A stretch of DNA of 32,000 bases, taken from positions 870,001 to 902,000 of the forward strand of contig NZ_CP019964.1 in NCBI RefSeq assembly GCF_002214165.1, in the 5' to 3' direction. Made by a program: the position numbers and the translations under genes. The stretch's first letter is position 1. The number at the start of each line of letters is the position of its first letter. This document shows positions 7,501 through 15,224 of the stretch, piece after piece. This DNA is from Candidatus Saccharimonadota bacterium. Lineage in GTDB: Archaea; Micrarchaeota; Micrarchaeia; Micrarchaeales; Micrarchaeaceae. Under the pieces are notes generated by a model, which was not told where the DNA came from, did not search any database, and saw only the letters and a program-made list of their open reading frames with translations.

Positions 7501-9325
7501 TCTCGAACTTATAGCCCGTGTTGTTGACTTCTGACAATGTGATTGAAGAATTTGGAAGATACCAACCACTGCCTGGTGAGAGCGAATAATCCGCAGTTGA
7601 AGGGGAAGCAAGTTCTGTTAGATAGACATCGTAGTTTGCCGTTTCGTTGAACCCTTTACCTGGAACAACCAATTGGAATGAAGCGCTGGTGCTCTTCTCG
7701 TATCCGGTCCAGTTTATAAACTCGTATCCAGTGTTGTTTGTCTCAGATATGGTAATGGTATCGCCATCGGTATATGTACAGCCGCTACCTGGAAGCAACG
7801 ATTTCGCACCTCCAGTTGGATTTGAAACCTCTATCAGACAGCTGTAGTAATTTGCCTGCTCGGTGAATGGGACCGATGGCACTGTCATGGTGAATGAAGC
7901 GCTGGTGCTCTTCTCGTATCCGGTCCAGTTTATAAACTGGAATCCTGAATTTGTTTGCTCTGAGATATTTATTGATGATGTAGGGTCATACCAGCCGCTG
8001 CCTTGAAGCAATGTACCTGCCTTGACACCTGAAGGAGGATATGAGAGTTCGTTCAAGTATACGTCGTAGTTTGCCTGCTCGGTGAATGGCTGGCCGGGAA
8101 CCTGCATTTGCAATTTTGATAACGTGCTATCCTCGTAGCCAGTCCAGTTCTCGAACTTATAGCCTGTGTTGTTGACTTCTGACAATGTTATGTAAGAACC
8201 TGGAACATACCAGCCGCTGCCGGGTGAGAGCGAAGAATCCGCAGTTGAAGGGGAAGCAAGTTCTGTTAGATAGACATCGTAGTTTGCCTGCTCATCTATA
8301 TCTGTATACATCTGCACGGTGCCTGAAGTGCTTGTTCCTGTATAGTTTATTGTACCGTGCCCTGTCCAGTTCTCGAACTTATAACCCGTATTGTTGACTT
8401 CTGATATTGTCAACGAAGATTTGTAATTCTCCAGATCATGGCCCGCCCCTGGCGTTAATGTTTTTGCTGCAGTCGATGGAAAGGTAGACATATTCAAATA
8501 CCTTTCATCTTTAGGTGGTGGTGGCGGTATATTAGAAGGCAACGTATAATAGGCATATATTGTACCACTATTTTCTATTGTCAAATTGGTTGATTGGTTA
8601 TAAGGGTTCCCTATTTTTAACGAGGAAGGGGAGCTTTTCCATCCAGGATTGCTTGAATAGAATACGTATCCGCTTGGAGGAGATGCGAAGAGTGAATATT
8701 CGCCTTTTATGAAAAATTGTGTTGTGCCACTCGCATACGGGACACCGTTCACACTTATACTTCCTATATTTGGATAGGTCTGAAAGTTCAGCTCTAAGAA
8801 GGATATTCCAGTTGGCGCAACAATCTGCGTCGAGTAACCTGTTGTTTTATACACTGTATCTCCACACTTGCTGGAGCTTGAACATATTTTGTATTCAAAA
8901 TTAAAAGGTGTTGTTGTGCTTGTTCCTACTGCTGCCTTTACTGGACCTGTTATATTAACCCTGCACATTACTTCCCCACCACTGGTGACGTATTCTGGAG
9001 TGCAATTGCCTAGGTAATTGTTTGTGCCAGTAGACCTGCCTATATTTGTTGTTGTCAAATTGAATCCGTTAGATGATATATTTATAGACCTCCCAAGATC
9101 GTTCTTGAAGATTATTGTATATTCCATTGGTCCTGTGGAGTTATAGACAAGCAATGTGTCGACACAAGGTAACAATGGGTCAATATTGCATTCCGATTGA
9201 AGATAATCTGATGGGGGCTTGAACCCTATTAAAATCAGTATAATCGCTATGACAATCGCTATTATCAAGATGGCCCACGAATAAGTTGTAATCATCTCTA
9301 TAGCGGATTGCTCCTTCATATGCAT
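3992..9325 (-). CDS. Giant surface protein with class III (type IV prepilin-like) signal peptide and about 17 InlB-B-repeat-like (Listeria-Bacteroides repeat) modules; 3' end altered by the tandem duplication
   Basis: 1777-codon ORF. The N-terminus MHMKEQSAIEMITTYSWAILIIAIVIAIILILIG shows a short charged leader, Q then E four residues later, and a long hydrophobic helix, as in archaeal pilin-type signals. A Cys-containing ~270-aa domain and a PPPPP linker follow. Then come repeated ~70-75-aa units with core GY.F..W[TSA][GC] ... TE.ANF/Y. The ORF ends FVCN plus an 8-aa frameshift tail IWGWGRRR*. Confidence 0.85.
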   Translation of the reverse strand: MHMKEQSAIEMITTYSWAILIIAIVIAIILILIGFKPPSDYLQSECNIDPLLPCVDTLLVYNSTGPMEYTIIFKNDLGRSINISSNGFNLTTTNIGRSTGTNNYLGNCTPEYVTSGGEVMCRVNITGPVKAAVGTSTTTPFNFEYKICSSSSKCGDTVYKTTGYSTQIVAPTGISFLELNFQTYPNIGSISVNGVPYASGTTQFFIKGEYSLFASPPSGYVFYSSNPGWKSSPSSLKIGNPYNQSTNLTIENSGTIYAYYTLPSNIPPPPPKDERYLNMSTFPSTAAKTLTPGAGHDLENYKSSLTISEVNNTGYKFENWTGHGTINYTGTSTSGTVQMYTDIDEQANYDVYLTELASPSTADSSLSPGSGWYVPGSYITLSEVNNTGYKFENWTGYEDSTLSKLQMQVPGQPFTEQANYDVYLNELSYPPSGVKAGTLLQGSGWYDPTSSINISEQTNSGFQFINWTGYEKSTSASFTMTVPSVPFTEQANYYSCLIEVSNPTGGAKSLLPGSGCTYTDGDTITISETNNTGYEFINWTGYEKSTSASFQLVVPGKGFNETANYDVYLTELASPSTADYSLSPGSGWYLPNSSITLSEVNNTGYKFENWTGYEKNSSSSFTMTVPSVPFTEQANYDVYLNELSSPEGGALSLLPGSGWYDPTSSITLSESPNSGYEFINWTGYEKSTSASFTMTVPSVPFTETALYYIYLKVYVNPVGDGTASDAGNLTTNNESNAYPYGTTVNINANAYTKYGFSDWAGVGTGSYTGETNKTSVIIESPIIETANFYTLQSCNNYILSTSDYPTTVHGECYWTGGDLSLYTGGGDSDYSHVYVNGSNGANYLEESGTSTYLQYNTMNSLPLQNYYLSLTDGSGGGSGGNATAKLNNTAPFTLKVHSENSGTATASPGGSTSTIATYYEPDGDSIPISEVENSGYSFTEWTGTGSGSYTGASTSASVTIDSNVTEVANYNVILTLNVNPSGDGTATASPGGSTTSSGAYSVASGDSISLSEDNNTVGYEFVNWTCSGINCYSGTSTSPSFTIGGPTTETANFKLIPETLTIESYPSVGGSTGPSTGTYTYNYGTQVPLSESSNSGYEFTSWTGTGSASYTGTDPSPTITMTSKVTEQANFGVYLTTNTYPSSGGSVSPNSGYYAYDSQVTITESSNPGYTFTGWTCNGDGCSSADSSSITVTMGNPITETANYGIGLTMSISDSNAGSISPSSGSYQELYGSQVTISESTNSGYEFTGWTCSGTNCYGGTDSSYTLTMDNPMTEQANFDVCLTMGVSSGSGSVSPGSECVPYGTNVGISASPSTGYEFTGWTCSGTNCYDGTDSSYTLTMDNPMTEDANFKLIPESFTISTNPSAGGSITNPSGGSGTYTYSYGSTVSFSESPSSGYSFTSWTCTGNDCYGGTDSSATITITGSVTETALYDVCLTMAISPSSSAGSISPGAGTYCDYSTGQGVSISESTGLGYEFTGWSGSGTGSYSGSATSTTIYMDGPITETADYESIPDCNGYSYSTGAYQTSYTGECYWTGGNLNEWVAGGNSGAAHGTLVGLSNGDTYFGQGTNGRCYTFIGIDNLPEQNYEVEFGDGAGGGSCGNAGVEFNTVAPLTVSASGSGSVSPSGTNDYQDGSSPGISESAGYGYYFAGWSCSNINGSGCYSGYNNPAYPTINGNIRETAHFNPNPESDYIYVNKGTGSVSPSGTIGENYGSNVKISATPGGRCGFLDLYAWHFSGWTGSYSSSSNPYTFTQPDYGISEGANFVCNIWGWGRRR
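4019..8494 (-). repeat. Intragenic coding repeat array (about 17 modules of 210-230 bp), partly near-identical at DNA level
   Basis: A 76-nt identical block occurs at 7221-7296 and 7863-7938. A ~100-nt block at 5287-5380 recurs at 5506-5599 (offset 219 bp, 2-3 mismatches). The peptide TMTVPSVPFTEQANYDVYLNELS recurs. Confidence 0.85.
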
Positions 9326-9489
9326 ATTATCAATCTATTAAATTTAAGCAATTCAAATTATTTATATTTAACTATAATTTTAATCGTGAATCTTGATTAA
9401 TTATGAATTCTGCTTTTGTTATTTTGCCTGACATAGTTTTTTAATATTTTTTAAGCAATTATAACCATAAGGCGACTAAGGTAATTATC

Positions 9490-10587
9490 ATGGGAGAGTT
9501 CACAAGTGTAGATGATGAGGATATTTTAAAGTTTATAGAGAGCTCAAAACCTAAAATATATATCGTCGGTACGGGAGGAAGCGGCAGCAATACGATAGAC
9601 AGGCTTTACGATTTGGGTGTGGAAGGCGCAACATTGATGGCAATGAATACCGATGCACCGCATTTGATAAAGGTCAGGGCGGAGAGGAAGCTTCTTTTGG
9701 GCAAAAAAGTTACAAAAGGTCTTGGTGCGGGAAGCGATTTTACCGTTGGAGAAGAAGCCGCAAAGGAGAGCAAGGAGGAGATCAAGCATATGCTTGCTGA
9801 TGCAAATATGGTGTTTGTCACATGCGGCCTTGGAGGTGGAACAGGGACTGGATCCATAGACACCATAGCAAGGGAGGCCAAAGAGCTTGGAGCTCTTACG
9901 ATTGCAATAGTGACACTGCCATTTTCAAGTGAAGGGAAGACAAGGATGAAGAATGCTCTTGAGGGTTTGGCTAAGCTGAAAAAGACCGCTGACACAACAA
10001 TAATAATACATAATGACAAGCTCCTCAGCATTGCGCCCGACCTGCCACTTAATATGGCATTCAAGGTATCTGATGAAGTTCTGGCAAATGCAGCAAAAGG
10101 CATCGTGGAGATGATTACCAAACCTGGGATGGTCAACATAGATTTTGCAGACCTCAAGATGGTGCTGAAATCTTCCGGATACGCAGTTATAAGCTCAGGG
10201 GAGTCAAGCCAGCAGACAGACAGGAAGAAGAACAGGGCATTGGTTGCTCTTGAAAATGCTGTAAAAAGCCCTCTGCTTGATGTGGACTTAGGAACAGCAA
10301 AGAAGGCACTTATAAATGTGGTGGGAGGAGAAAGCCTTACACTCAGGGAGGCTGAGAGCATATTCCAAGAAGTTTCGAGCATGATAAATACCGATGCACT
10401 CATAAAATGGGGGGCTAGGATAGACAAGGACATGGCAAAGGAGTCCCTTAAGGTTATGGTAGTTATAAGCGGTGTTGAATTCACCGAATACAGTGATGAG
10501 AACATAGAGAAAAAGGTAGATGAGCTCAGCAACTTGGACCTGGATGAGGTATTTGAAGGGGACAAGAAAAAGCCAATAAACCTATAA
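9490..10587 (+). CDS. ftsZ: Cell division GTPase FtsZ
   Basis: 365-aa ORF. GTGGSGSNTIDRL, tubulin signature GLGGGTGTGS, and NTDAPHL. AAGGT motif upstream of the ATG. Confidence 0.95.
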   Translation: MGEFTSVDDEDILKFIESSKPKIYIVGTGGSGSNTIDRLYDLGVEGATLMAMNTDAPHLIKVRAERKLLLGKKVTKGLGAGSDFTVGEEAAKESKEEIKHMLADANMVFVTCGLGGGTGTGSIDTIAREAKELGALTIAIVTLPFSSEGKTRMKNALEGLAKLKKTADTTIIIHNDKLLSIAPDLPLNMAFKVSDEVLANAAKGIVEMITKPGMVNIDFADLKMVLKSSGYAVISSGESSQQTDRKKNRALVALENAVKSPLLDVDLGTAKKALINVVGGESLTLREAESIFQEVSSMINTDALIKWGARIDKDMAKESLKVMVVISGVEFTEYSDENIEKKVDELSNLDLDEVFEGDKKKPINL

Positions 10588-10599
10588 CCTCCTGATAGC

Positions 10600-11748
10600 A
10601 TGAGGATAAAACTTGCAATGGCACAGGCAAATCTGACAGTTAGAGGGGGCGCGGAGAGAGTTGTCCTCAAGATAGCCGAGCATTACAATGCAACGATATA
10701 TACTGCGGAATATAGGAAGGATGCCACTTTCGAAGAGTTCAATGATTTAGATATTAAAGTGATAGGTGGCAGAGGCTTTTATAAGTTTCTTGGATATGGA
10801 AGGGCAGCACAGGGGCTTAATTATGGGCTCTCATTTTACAATTATAGGGTCAGGGACGATTACGATGTGCTGAATCCCCATATAGCTCCAAGCCATTGGA
10901 TCAGGCATAAAAACAGCAGGGTGCTGTGGTACTGCCATACACCCCTCAGGGATCTTTACGATCTTTATTATTATAGGCAATCGTTAAGGCCTTTTGCGAA
11001 GAGGAGCCTGTACAGTGTGATAGTTCCCAGGATCAGGTTCATAGACAAAAGGATGGTAAGCAAGATAAAGTACATAGTGGCTAATTCTGAAAATACAAAC
11101 AATAGGATAAAGAAGTATTATGGAAGGAATGACGCAGTGGTACTGAATGGGGGCATTGACTACAAGGAGTACAAGAACGAAGGAAACGACAGGTACTTCT
11201 TCTATCCCTCGCGTATATCACCGAACAAGAGGCAGGACTACGCGATAAGGGCTTTCAAGATATTCAAAAGCCAGAACAAGGGGCTCAATTACAGGCTGAT
11301 AATAAGCGGCCAGGTATCTGACGACCCATTTTACCAAGAGTATTATTCCAAAATTTCGAACATGGCAAAGAGCGTAGGGGGGGTAAGCATACTTACTGAT
11401 GTTAATGACAAGGACCTGGTAGACTTGTACAGCAAGGCGACCGCGATATTGTACCCGCCTATAAATGAAGATTATGGATTGGTGCCTCTTGAGGCTGCTG
11501 CAAGCGGCAAGCCTGTAATAGTCGTAAATGAAGGGGGACCGAAGGAGACTGTAATAAACAACAAGACGGGATTTCTAATAAACAATGAGCTTGACATGGC
11601 AGAGAAAATGCAGAAGCTGGCAGAAGAGCCGCAGCTGGTTGAGATTATGGGTAAAAAAGGTAGGGAAAGAGTCAAAAAATATTATTCGTGGAACAATTTC
11701 TTCAAGGAATTCGACAAACTGCTCTACAAAGCCAAAAACGAAAAATGA
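10600..11748 (+). CDS. Glycosyltransferase, GT4 family (GT-B fold)
   Basis: 382-aa ORF starting 13 nt after ftsZ. N-terminal MRIKLAMAQANLTVRGGAERVV and C-terminal EDYGLVPLEAAASGKPVIVVNEGGPKETV (E-x7-E region) are typical of GT4 enzymes. Confidence 0.85.
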   Translation: MRIKLAMAQANLTVRGGAERVVLKIAEHYNATIYTAEYRKDATFEEFNDLDIKVIGGRGFYKFLGYGRAAQGLNYGLSFYNYRVRDDYDVLNPHIAPSHWIRHKNSRVLWYCHTPLRDLYDLYYYRQSLRPFAKRSLYSVIVPRIRFIDKRMVSKIKYIVANSENTNNRIKKYYGRNDAVVLNGGIDYKEYKNEGNDRYFFYPSRISPNKRQDYAIRAFKIFKSQNKGLNYRLIISGQVSDDPFYQEYYSKISNMAKSVGGVSILTDVNDKDLVDLYSKATAILYPPINEDYGLVPLEAAASGKPVIVVNEGGPKETVINNKTGFLINNELDMAEKMQKLAEEPQLVEIMGKKGRERVKKYYSWNNFFKEFDKLLYKAKNEK

Positions 11749-11750
11749 AA

Positions 11751-12110
11751 TCAGTTCAATGAGACGACAAATTTGGATACGACTTTTGAGACATAATCAA
11801 GGACTTCCTTTACCTCTTTTTCTGTCTTGGAGCCTGTGCATATCATCTTGCCATTCTTGAACAGTATTATCGCCTTCGATTCCGGAACCCTGAATATAGC
11901 ACCAGGAAACTGCTCAGGCTCGTAATCTACCGCCTTCACGTCCTTTGACAGGCTGTAAAGGTCTATAGTCGCATGCAGATCTGCACTTACAACTATATTC
12001 TGTATATTGATCTTCGGATTGTCTAATGAAGAATTCCCGCGCTCCTTTACACTCTCTTTTGCAACGGGCTTGGATTTTGAAACTTTTTTGGGATTTTTAG
12101 CTTTGACCAT
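11751..12110 (-). CDS. Single-repeat (half-size) TATA-box-binding-protein domain protein with lysine-rich N-terminal tail
   Basis: 119-aa ORF. INIQNIVVSADLHATIDLYSLSKDVKAVDYEPEQFPGAIFRVPESKAIILFKNGKMICTGSKTEKEV aligns along its length with one TBP repeat, most like the C-terminal repeat (I.N.V.S.D.....L......YEPEQFPG.IYR...PK...L.FSSGK.VC.GAK). Only one repeat is present. TATA-like boxes lie within 45 nt upstream. The stop codon is 2 nt from the convergent GT4 stop, leaving no room for a second repeat. Confidence 0.8.
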   Translation of the reverse strand: MVKAKNPKKVSKSKPVAKESVKERGNSSLDNPKINIQNIVVSADLHATIDLYSLSKDVKAVDYEPEQFPGAIFRVPESKAIILFKNGKMICTGSKTEKEVKEVLDYVSKVVSKFVVSLN

Positions 12111-12289
12111 GAAACCACATATATTTTATAAACTTAATCCTATTTATACCTTTTTTGTTTTAATCTGTTTATTTAGGGGGAGTTTTATACCAAATTGTAA
12201 GGTCTACTAATTTATATTTTGAATTTGTTATTCATTATAATTGCGGGAAGTGATTTAGGAGAAGTGGTAAAATTTAAAGGTGTTTTCAG

Positions 12290-13396
12290 TTGGGCTCCTA
12301 TGACAATGTTGCTATAATAGGCGGAGGGATGGCAGGTCTGAGATTAGCGGAGAAGCTGGCTGGAAGCGATATATATGTAACTTTGTATGAAGGCAAAAGG
12401 GATGTGTCTTATCTTGCGGACAGGGCATCTGGGGTGCTTTCTGTATCTGGAGTAAACAGGCTTGGCATAGATTATTCGGGAGCACTAAAAAATGTGCTGG
12501 ACGGGGCTGTTATTTACTCAAGCAGGCAGCAGATGAAGGTTGTTTCGGAAAAGCCGCAAGCCTATGTGCTTGACAGGAAATTGCTAATAAAGGAGGCTTA
12601 TGCAAATGCAAAGAGGGCGGGGGCGAATATAGTTTTGGGCAAGAGGTTGGATGAGGCGGAATTGAATAGCTTGGATGATGGAAAAACGGTAATAGTTGGG
12701 GCGGATGGGCCCGCATCGTCAGTTGCTAAAGCTTTTGGCTTTACCCCTATAAAGGAATTCCTGCTGACCTACAAGGCGGTCTATGAGAATGTAAATTATC
12801 CTGAAAGCAGTATAGTGAGGTTGTTTTTTGATAATGCAATCTCGAAAGGGCTGTTCGGATGGTTGATACCTTATTCAAATGACAGGATTGAGCTTGGGCT
12901 TGGGGTAAGCGAAAAAACAAAGGGCAACAGCAAGCAGGCATTCGAAAAATTCGTAAAAAACAGCAATATCCACGCCATTGTAGATTCAAGAAAAGCCAGT
13001 TCGGAGTATGCAAGCGTAATACCTATAGGGGCGAGGAGGGTGACAGTGAAAGGAAATGTACTGCTTGTCGGGGATGCGGCAGGGCAGACGAAAGCTACCA
13101 CGGGAGGGGGATTGATATTCGGGCTTTCGTGCGCTGATGTAGCCCTGCAATCGATAGTGAATGCCTTCAAGAATGGCAGGCCTTTATCTGATTACGAAAG
13201 GAGCTGGAGAAAGCTCTACGGCCTTGATCTAAACATGCATAGGAGATTGCAAAGTTATTATTCCAATTTGGACAACCGTTCAATTGACAGGGCCTTGTAT
13301 CTGCTTAAAAAGCTTGGATTCGACTCGTTTTTAAGCAAGCATGGCGATATGGACAGCATTAAAACGATGATGAAAAGGGCATTCATCAGAAAATAG
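12290..13396 (+). CDS. Geranylgeranyl reductase family FAD-dependent oxidoreductase
   Basis: 368-aa ORF. TTG start with AAAGGTG 8 nt upstream. FAD-binding VAIIGGGMAGLRLA, and GDAAGQTKATTGGGL typical of GGR/digeranylgeranylglycerophospholipid reductases. Confidence 0.85.
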   Translation: MGSYDNVAIIGGGMAGLRLAEKLAGSDIYVTLYEGKRDVSYLADRASGVLSVSGVNRLGIDYSGALKNVLDGAVIYSSRQQMKVVSEKPQAYVLDRKLLIKEAYANAKRAGANIVLGKRLDEAELNSLDDGKTVIVGADGPASSVAKAFGFTPIKEFLLTYKAVYENVNYPESSIVRLFFDNAISKGLFGWLIPYSNDRIELGLGVSEKTKGNSKQAFEKFVKNSNIHAIVDSRKASSEYASVIPIGARRVTVKGNVLLVGDAAGQTKATTGGGLIFGLSCADVALQSIVNAFKNGRPLSDYERSWRKLYGLDLNMHRRLQSYYSNLDNRSIDRALYLLKKLGFDSFLSKHGDMDSIKTMMKRAFIRK

Positions 13397-13462
13397 AATA
13401 ACTGAATATGCACAAGGGCGATAGGAACCAGGATAAAAATAAAAGGAATAGAATGATATGGT

Positions 13463-15220
13463 TCAAACAACGTAGGGTACTGCTATTTTTGCTGTGCCTG
13501 AAATAGTGTAGGGCTTTCCGTTTTCCGTGTAATTTAGAGTCAGGTTGTAATTATCGTATGCAACATCAAGCGGGACCAATACGCTGCTGCATTCCACGCT
13601 TATGCTGCCTTCTTTGGTTGCATTTATTGTTGTATCCTCTTTATAGTGCTTCTCCAGGCCAGGCATAAAGCACGCAGCACTTGTTATTTTCACAGGGGAA
13701 TCCCCATTGTTCTTGATTGTGAAGTTTGCCTTGCTTGTTGATTGATTGTATGAATCAAACCTGCAGCTTAAAGTGCTATTGGATAACTGGCAGCTGCTTT
13801 GGGCTGATGGTTTCCATGGATAAACTGATTGGTTTACCTTAAGTGCTGCTATCAGGTGGGCAGCATTTGGCACTATGCTGCTCGAATAATTGGTATATGT
13901 AAATGAATACATTGAAAGCATATACCTATTGCCTACTTCATTGGACTCTGCCATGCTGTAATTGGCAAATGCAGATGCTTGGTATACTGGGCTTATCAAG
14001 TAAGAGCACAGTTCTAGGTTCTCTGAGGAATTGCTTGATATCTGGCCCTTGCATGTCATATTTGAATCCTTTAAAGAAACGTTGTATTTGGAGATATTTG
14101 AGGCAAAATTCCCATAAGGGTTTTCGAACAGATTCATCTGGGATATTGAATTTGAATTTATAGATGTTGAAAAACCGGTGTAAGTCGAATTTGTGTAAAG
14201 GAAACCGCTTGAGTAATTCATGAGTGCCTTGCTGCTGTTCAAGGATGCTTCCAACACGCTTGCTTCTTTAGGGGTGTAATTGCTTGATATAATATTCCTG
14301 CACGTGTAGTTACCGGATGCGTTGTATACAGATAATACCTTTACCCAACCATTGTTCTGTGAGGTACATATGCTTGTGAAGTTGCTGTACTTGAAGTAAA
14401 CTCCATCGGTACCAGATAGGTTAAATGCCGAATATGAAAGGGTGTTTTTGCGCAATAGTGTATTTAAGTATTGGGCAGTTATATTTCCATTCATCCACAA
14501 GCTTGATATCCTTGCTCCGCTGCTGTAATTTGCGTATACGCCATTCATTATGTGTACAAGAAGCGCTAGGTCTGTTATTGAATTGCCGACCGCAGGATAA
14601 GCGGGCCCAAACAAGTTCTTGAAGTAAGATATGTTATAATTTAAGGCCTCAATTGAGGAGAATGCTATGCCTTTTGGATAAAGTGTAAACTCCTTTGTAG
14701 ATGTTATATTCAGATTTGGTATTGATACGTATAGGTCTGGCTTTTCTGGGACTGCGACAGGAACCGCAAATGATTGATGTGACAGATCCCTGTTCTTTAA
14801 GTTTAGTAGGTTGGCAGGATCCGCTACAGCTTCGAATGTGTAATTGCCGCTATTGTTGAATGTGTAGCTTATTGAAAGGTTTACTTCGGATTTCGGCGGC
14901 AGGGTTATTACATATGAATGGAGTTTATTTCCATTGACGTATACCAGCATTGGAAGCTTGCTTAGCTTGCTTGTGCCTATGTTGATTACAGTGAGCTTGG
15001 CGCTTAGGGTATTGAATGGATACATGGTTGTATTGGCATGATAATTGACTGGTGAGAATTCAACTTTAACCGAATACGATCCTGCTTGTGTAAATGAATA
15101 TGATACATAGATTATTGCAACCGCTATTATGATAGCAATTGCATAAAGCCATATCGCAATTGAGCTTTTTTGACCTTCGTTGGTTTTTTTATCTTTATTT
15201 TTAGATTTTGAATCTGACAA
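13463..15220 (-). CDS. N-terminally membrane-anchored, N-glycosylation-sequon-rich surface protein with CARDB-like beta-sandwich region
   Basis: 585-aa ORF. Lys-rich leader then TM helix IAIWLYAIAIIIAVAIIYV. I counted about 29 N-x-S/T sequons by hand. The segment LTVINIGTSKLSKLPMLVYVNGNKLHSYVITLPPKSEVNLSISYTFNNSGNYTFEAVADP resembles CARDB domains. Confidence 0.7.
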   Translation of the reverse strand: MSDSKSKNKDKKTNEGQKSSIAIWLYAIAIIIAVAIIYVSYSFTQAGSYSVKVEFSPVNYHANTTMYPFNTLSAKLTVINIGTSKLSKLPMLVYVNGNKLHSYVITLPPKSEVNLSISYTFNNSGNYTFEAVADPANLLNLKNRDLSHQSFAVPVAVPEKPDLYVSIPNLNITSTKEFTLYPKGIAFSSIEALNYNISYFKNLFGPAYPAVGNSITDLALLVHIMNGVYANYSSGARISSLWMNGNITAQYLNTLLRKNTLSYSAFNLSGTDGVYFKYSNFTSICTSQNNGWVKVLSVYNASGNYTCRNIISSNYTPKEASVLEASLNSSKALMNYSSGFLYTNSTYTGFSTSINSNSISQMNLFENPYGNFASNISKYNVSLKDSNMTCKGQISSNSSENLELCSYLISPVYQASAFANYSMAESNEVGNRYMLSMYSFTYTNYSSSIVPNAAHLIAALKVNQSVYPWKPSAQSSCQLSNSTLSCRFDSYNQSTSKANFTIKNNGDSPVKITSAACFMPGLEKHYKEDTTINATKEGSISVECSSVLVPLDVAYDNYNLTLNYTENGKPYTISGTAKIAVPYVV

Positions 15221-15224
15221 ATTA

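Noticed and set aside
4019-8494. CRISPR-like periodic repeats
   Set aside because: The periodicity (about 213-225 bp) is that of in-frame protein modules inside one long ORF. There are no short conserved repeats with unique spacers and no cas genes.
3308-9489. Integrated mobile element at the tRNA-Arg gene
   Set aside because: I found no integrase, transposase or att-like direct repeat of the tRNA 3' end. The only repeat is the coding tandem duplication.
9606-10670. 354-aa antisense ORF opposite ftsZ
   Set aside because: This is a shadow ORF. Its composition is low-complexity and Ser/Leu/Phe-rich, and it fully overlaps the strongly supported FtsZ frame.
12111-12289. A hidden second TBP repeat or upstream exon for the half-TBP in the adjacent spacers
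   Set aside because: The upstream spacer is AT-rich promoter-like sequence with stops in frame. The downstream side is occupied immediately by the convergent GT4 gene.
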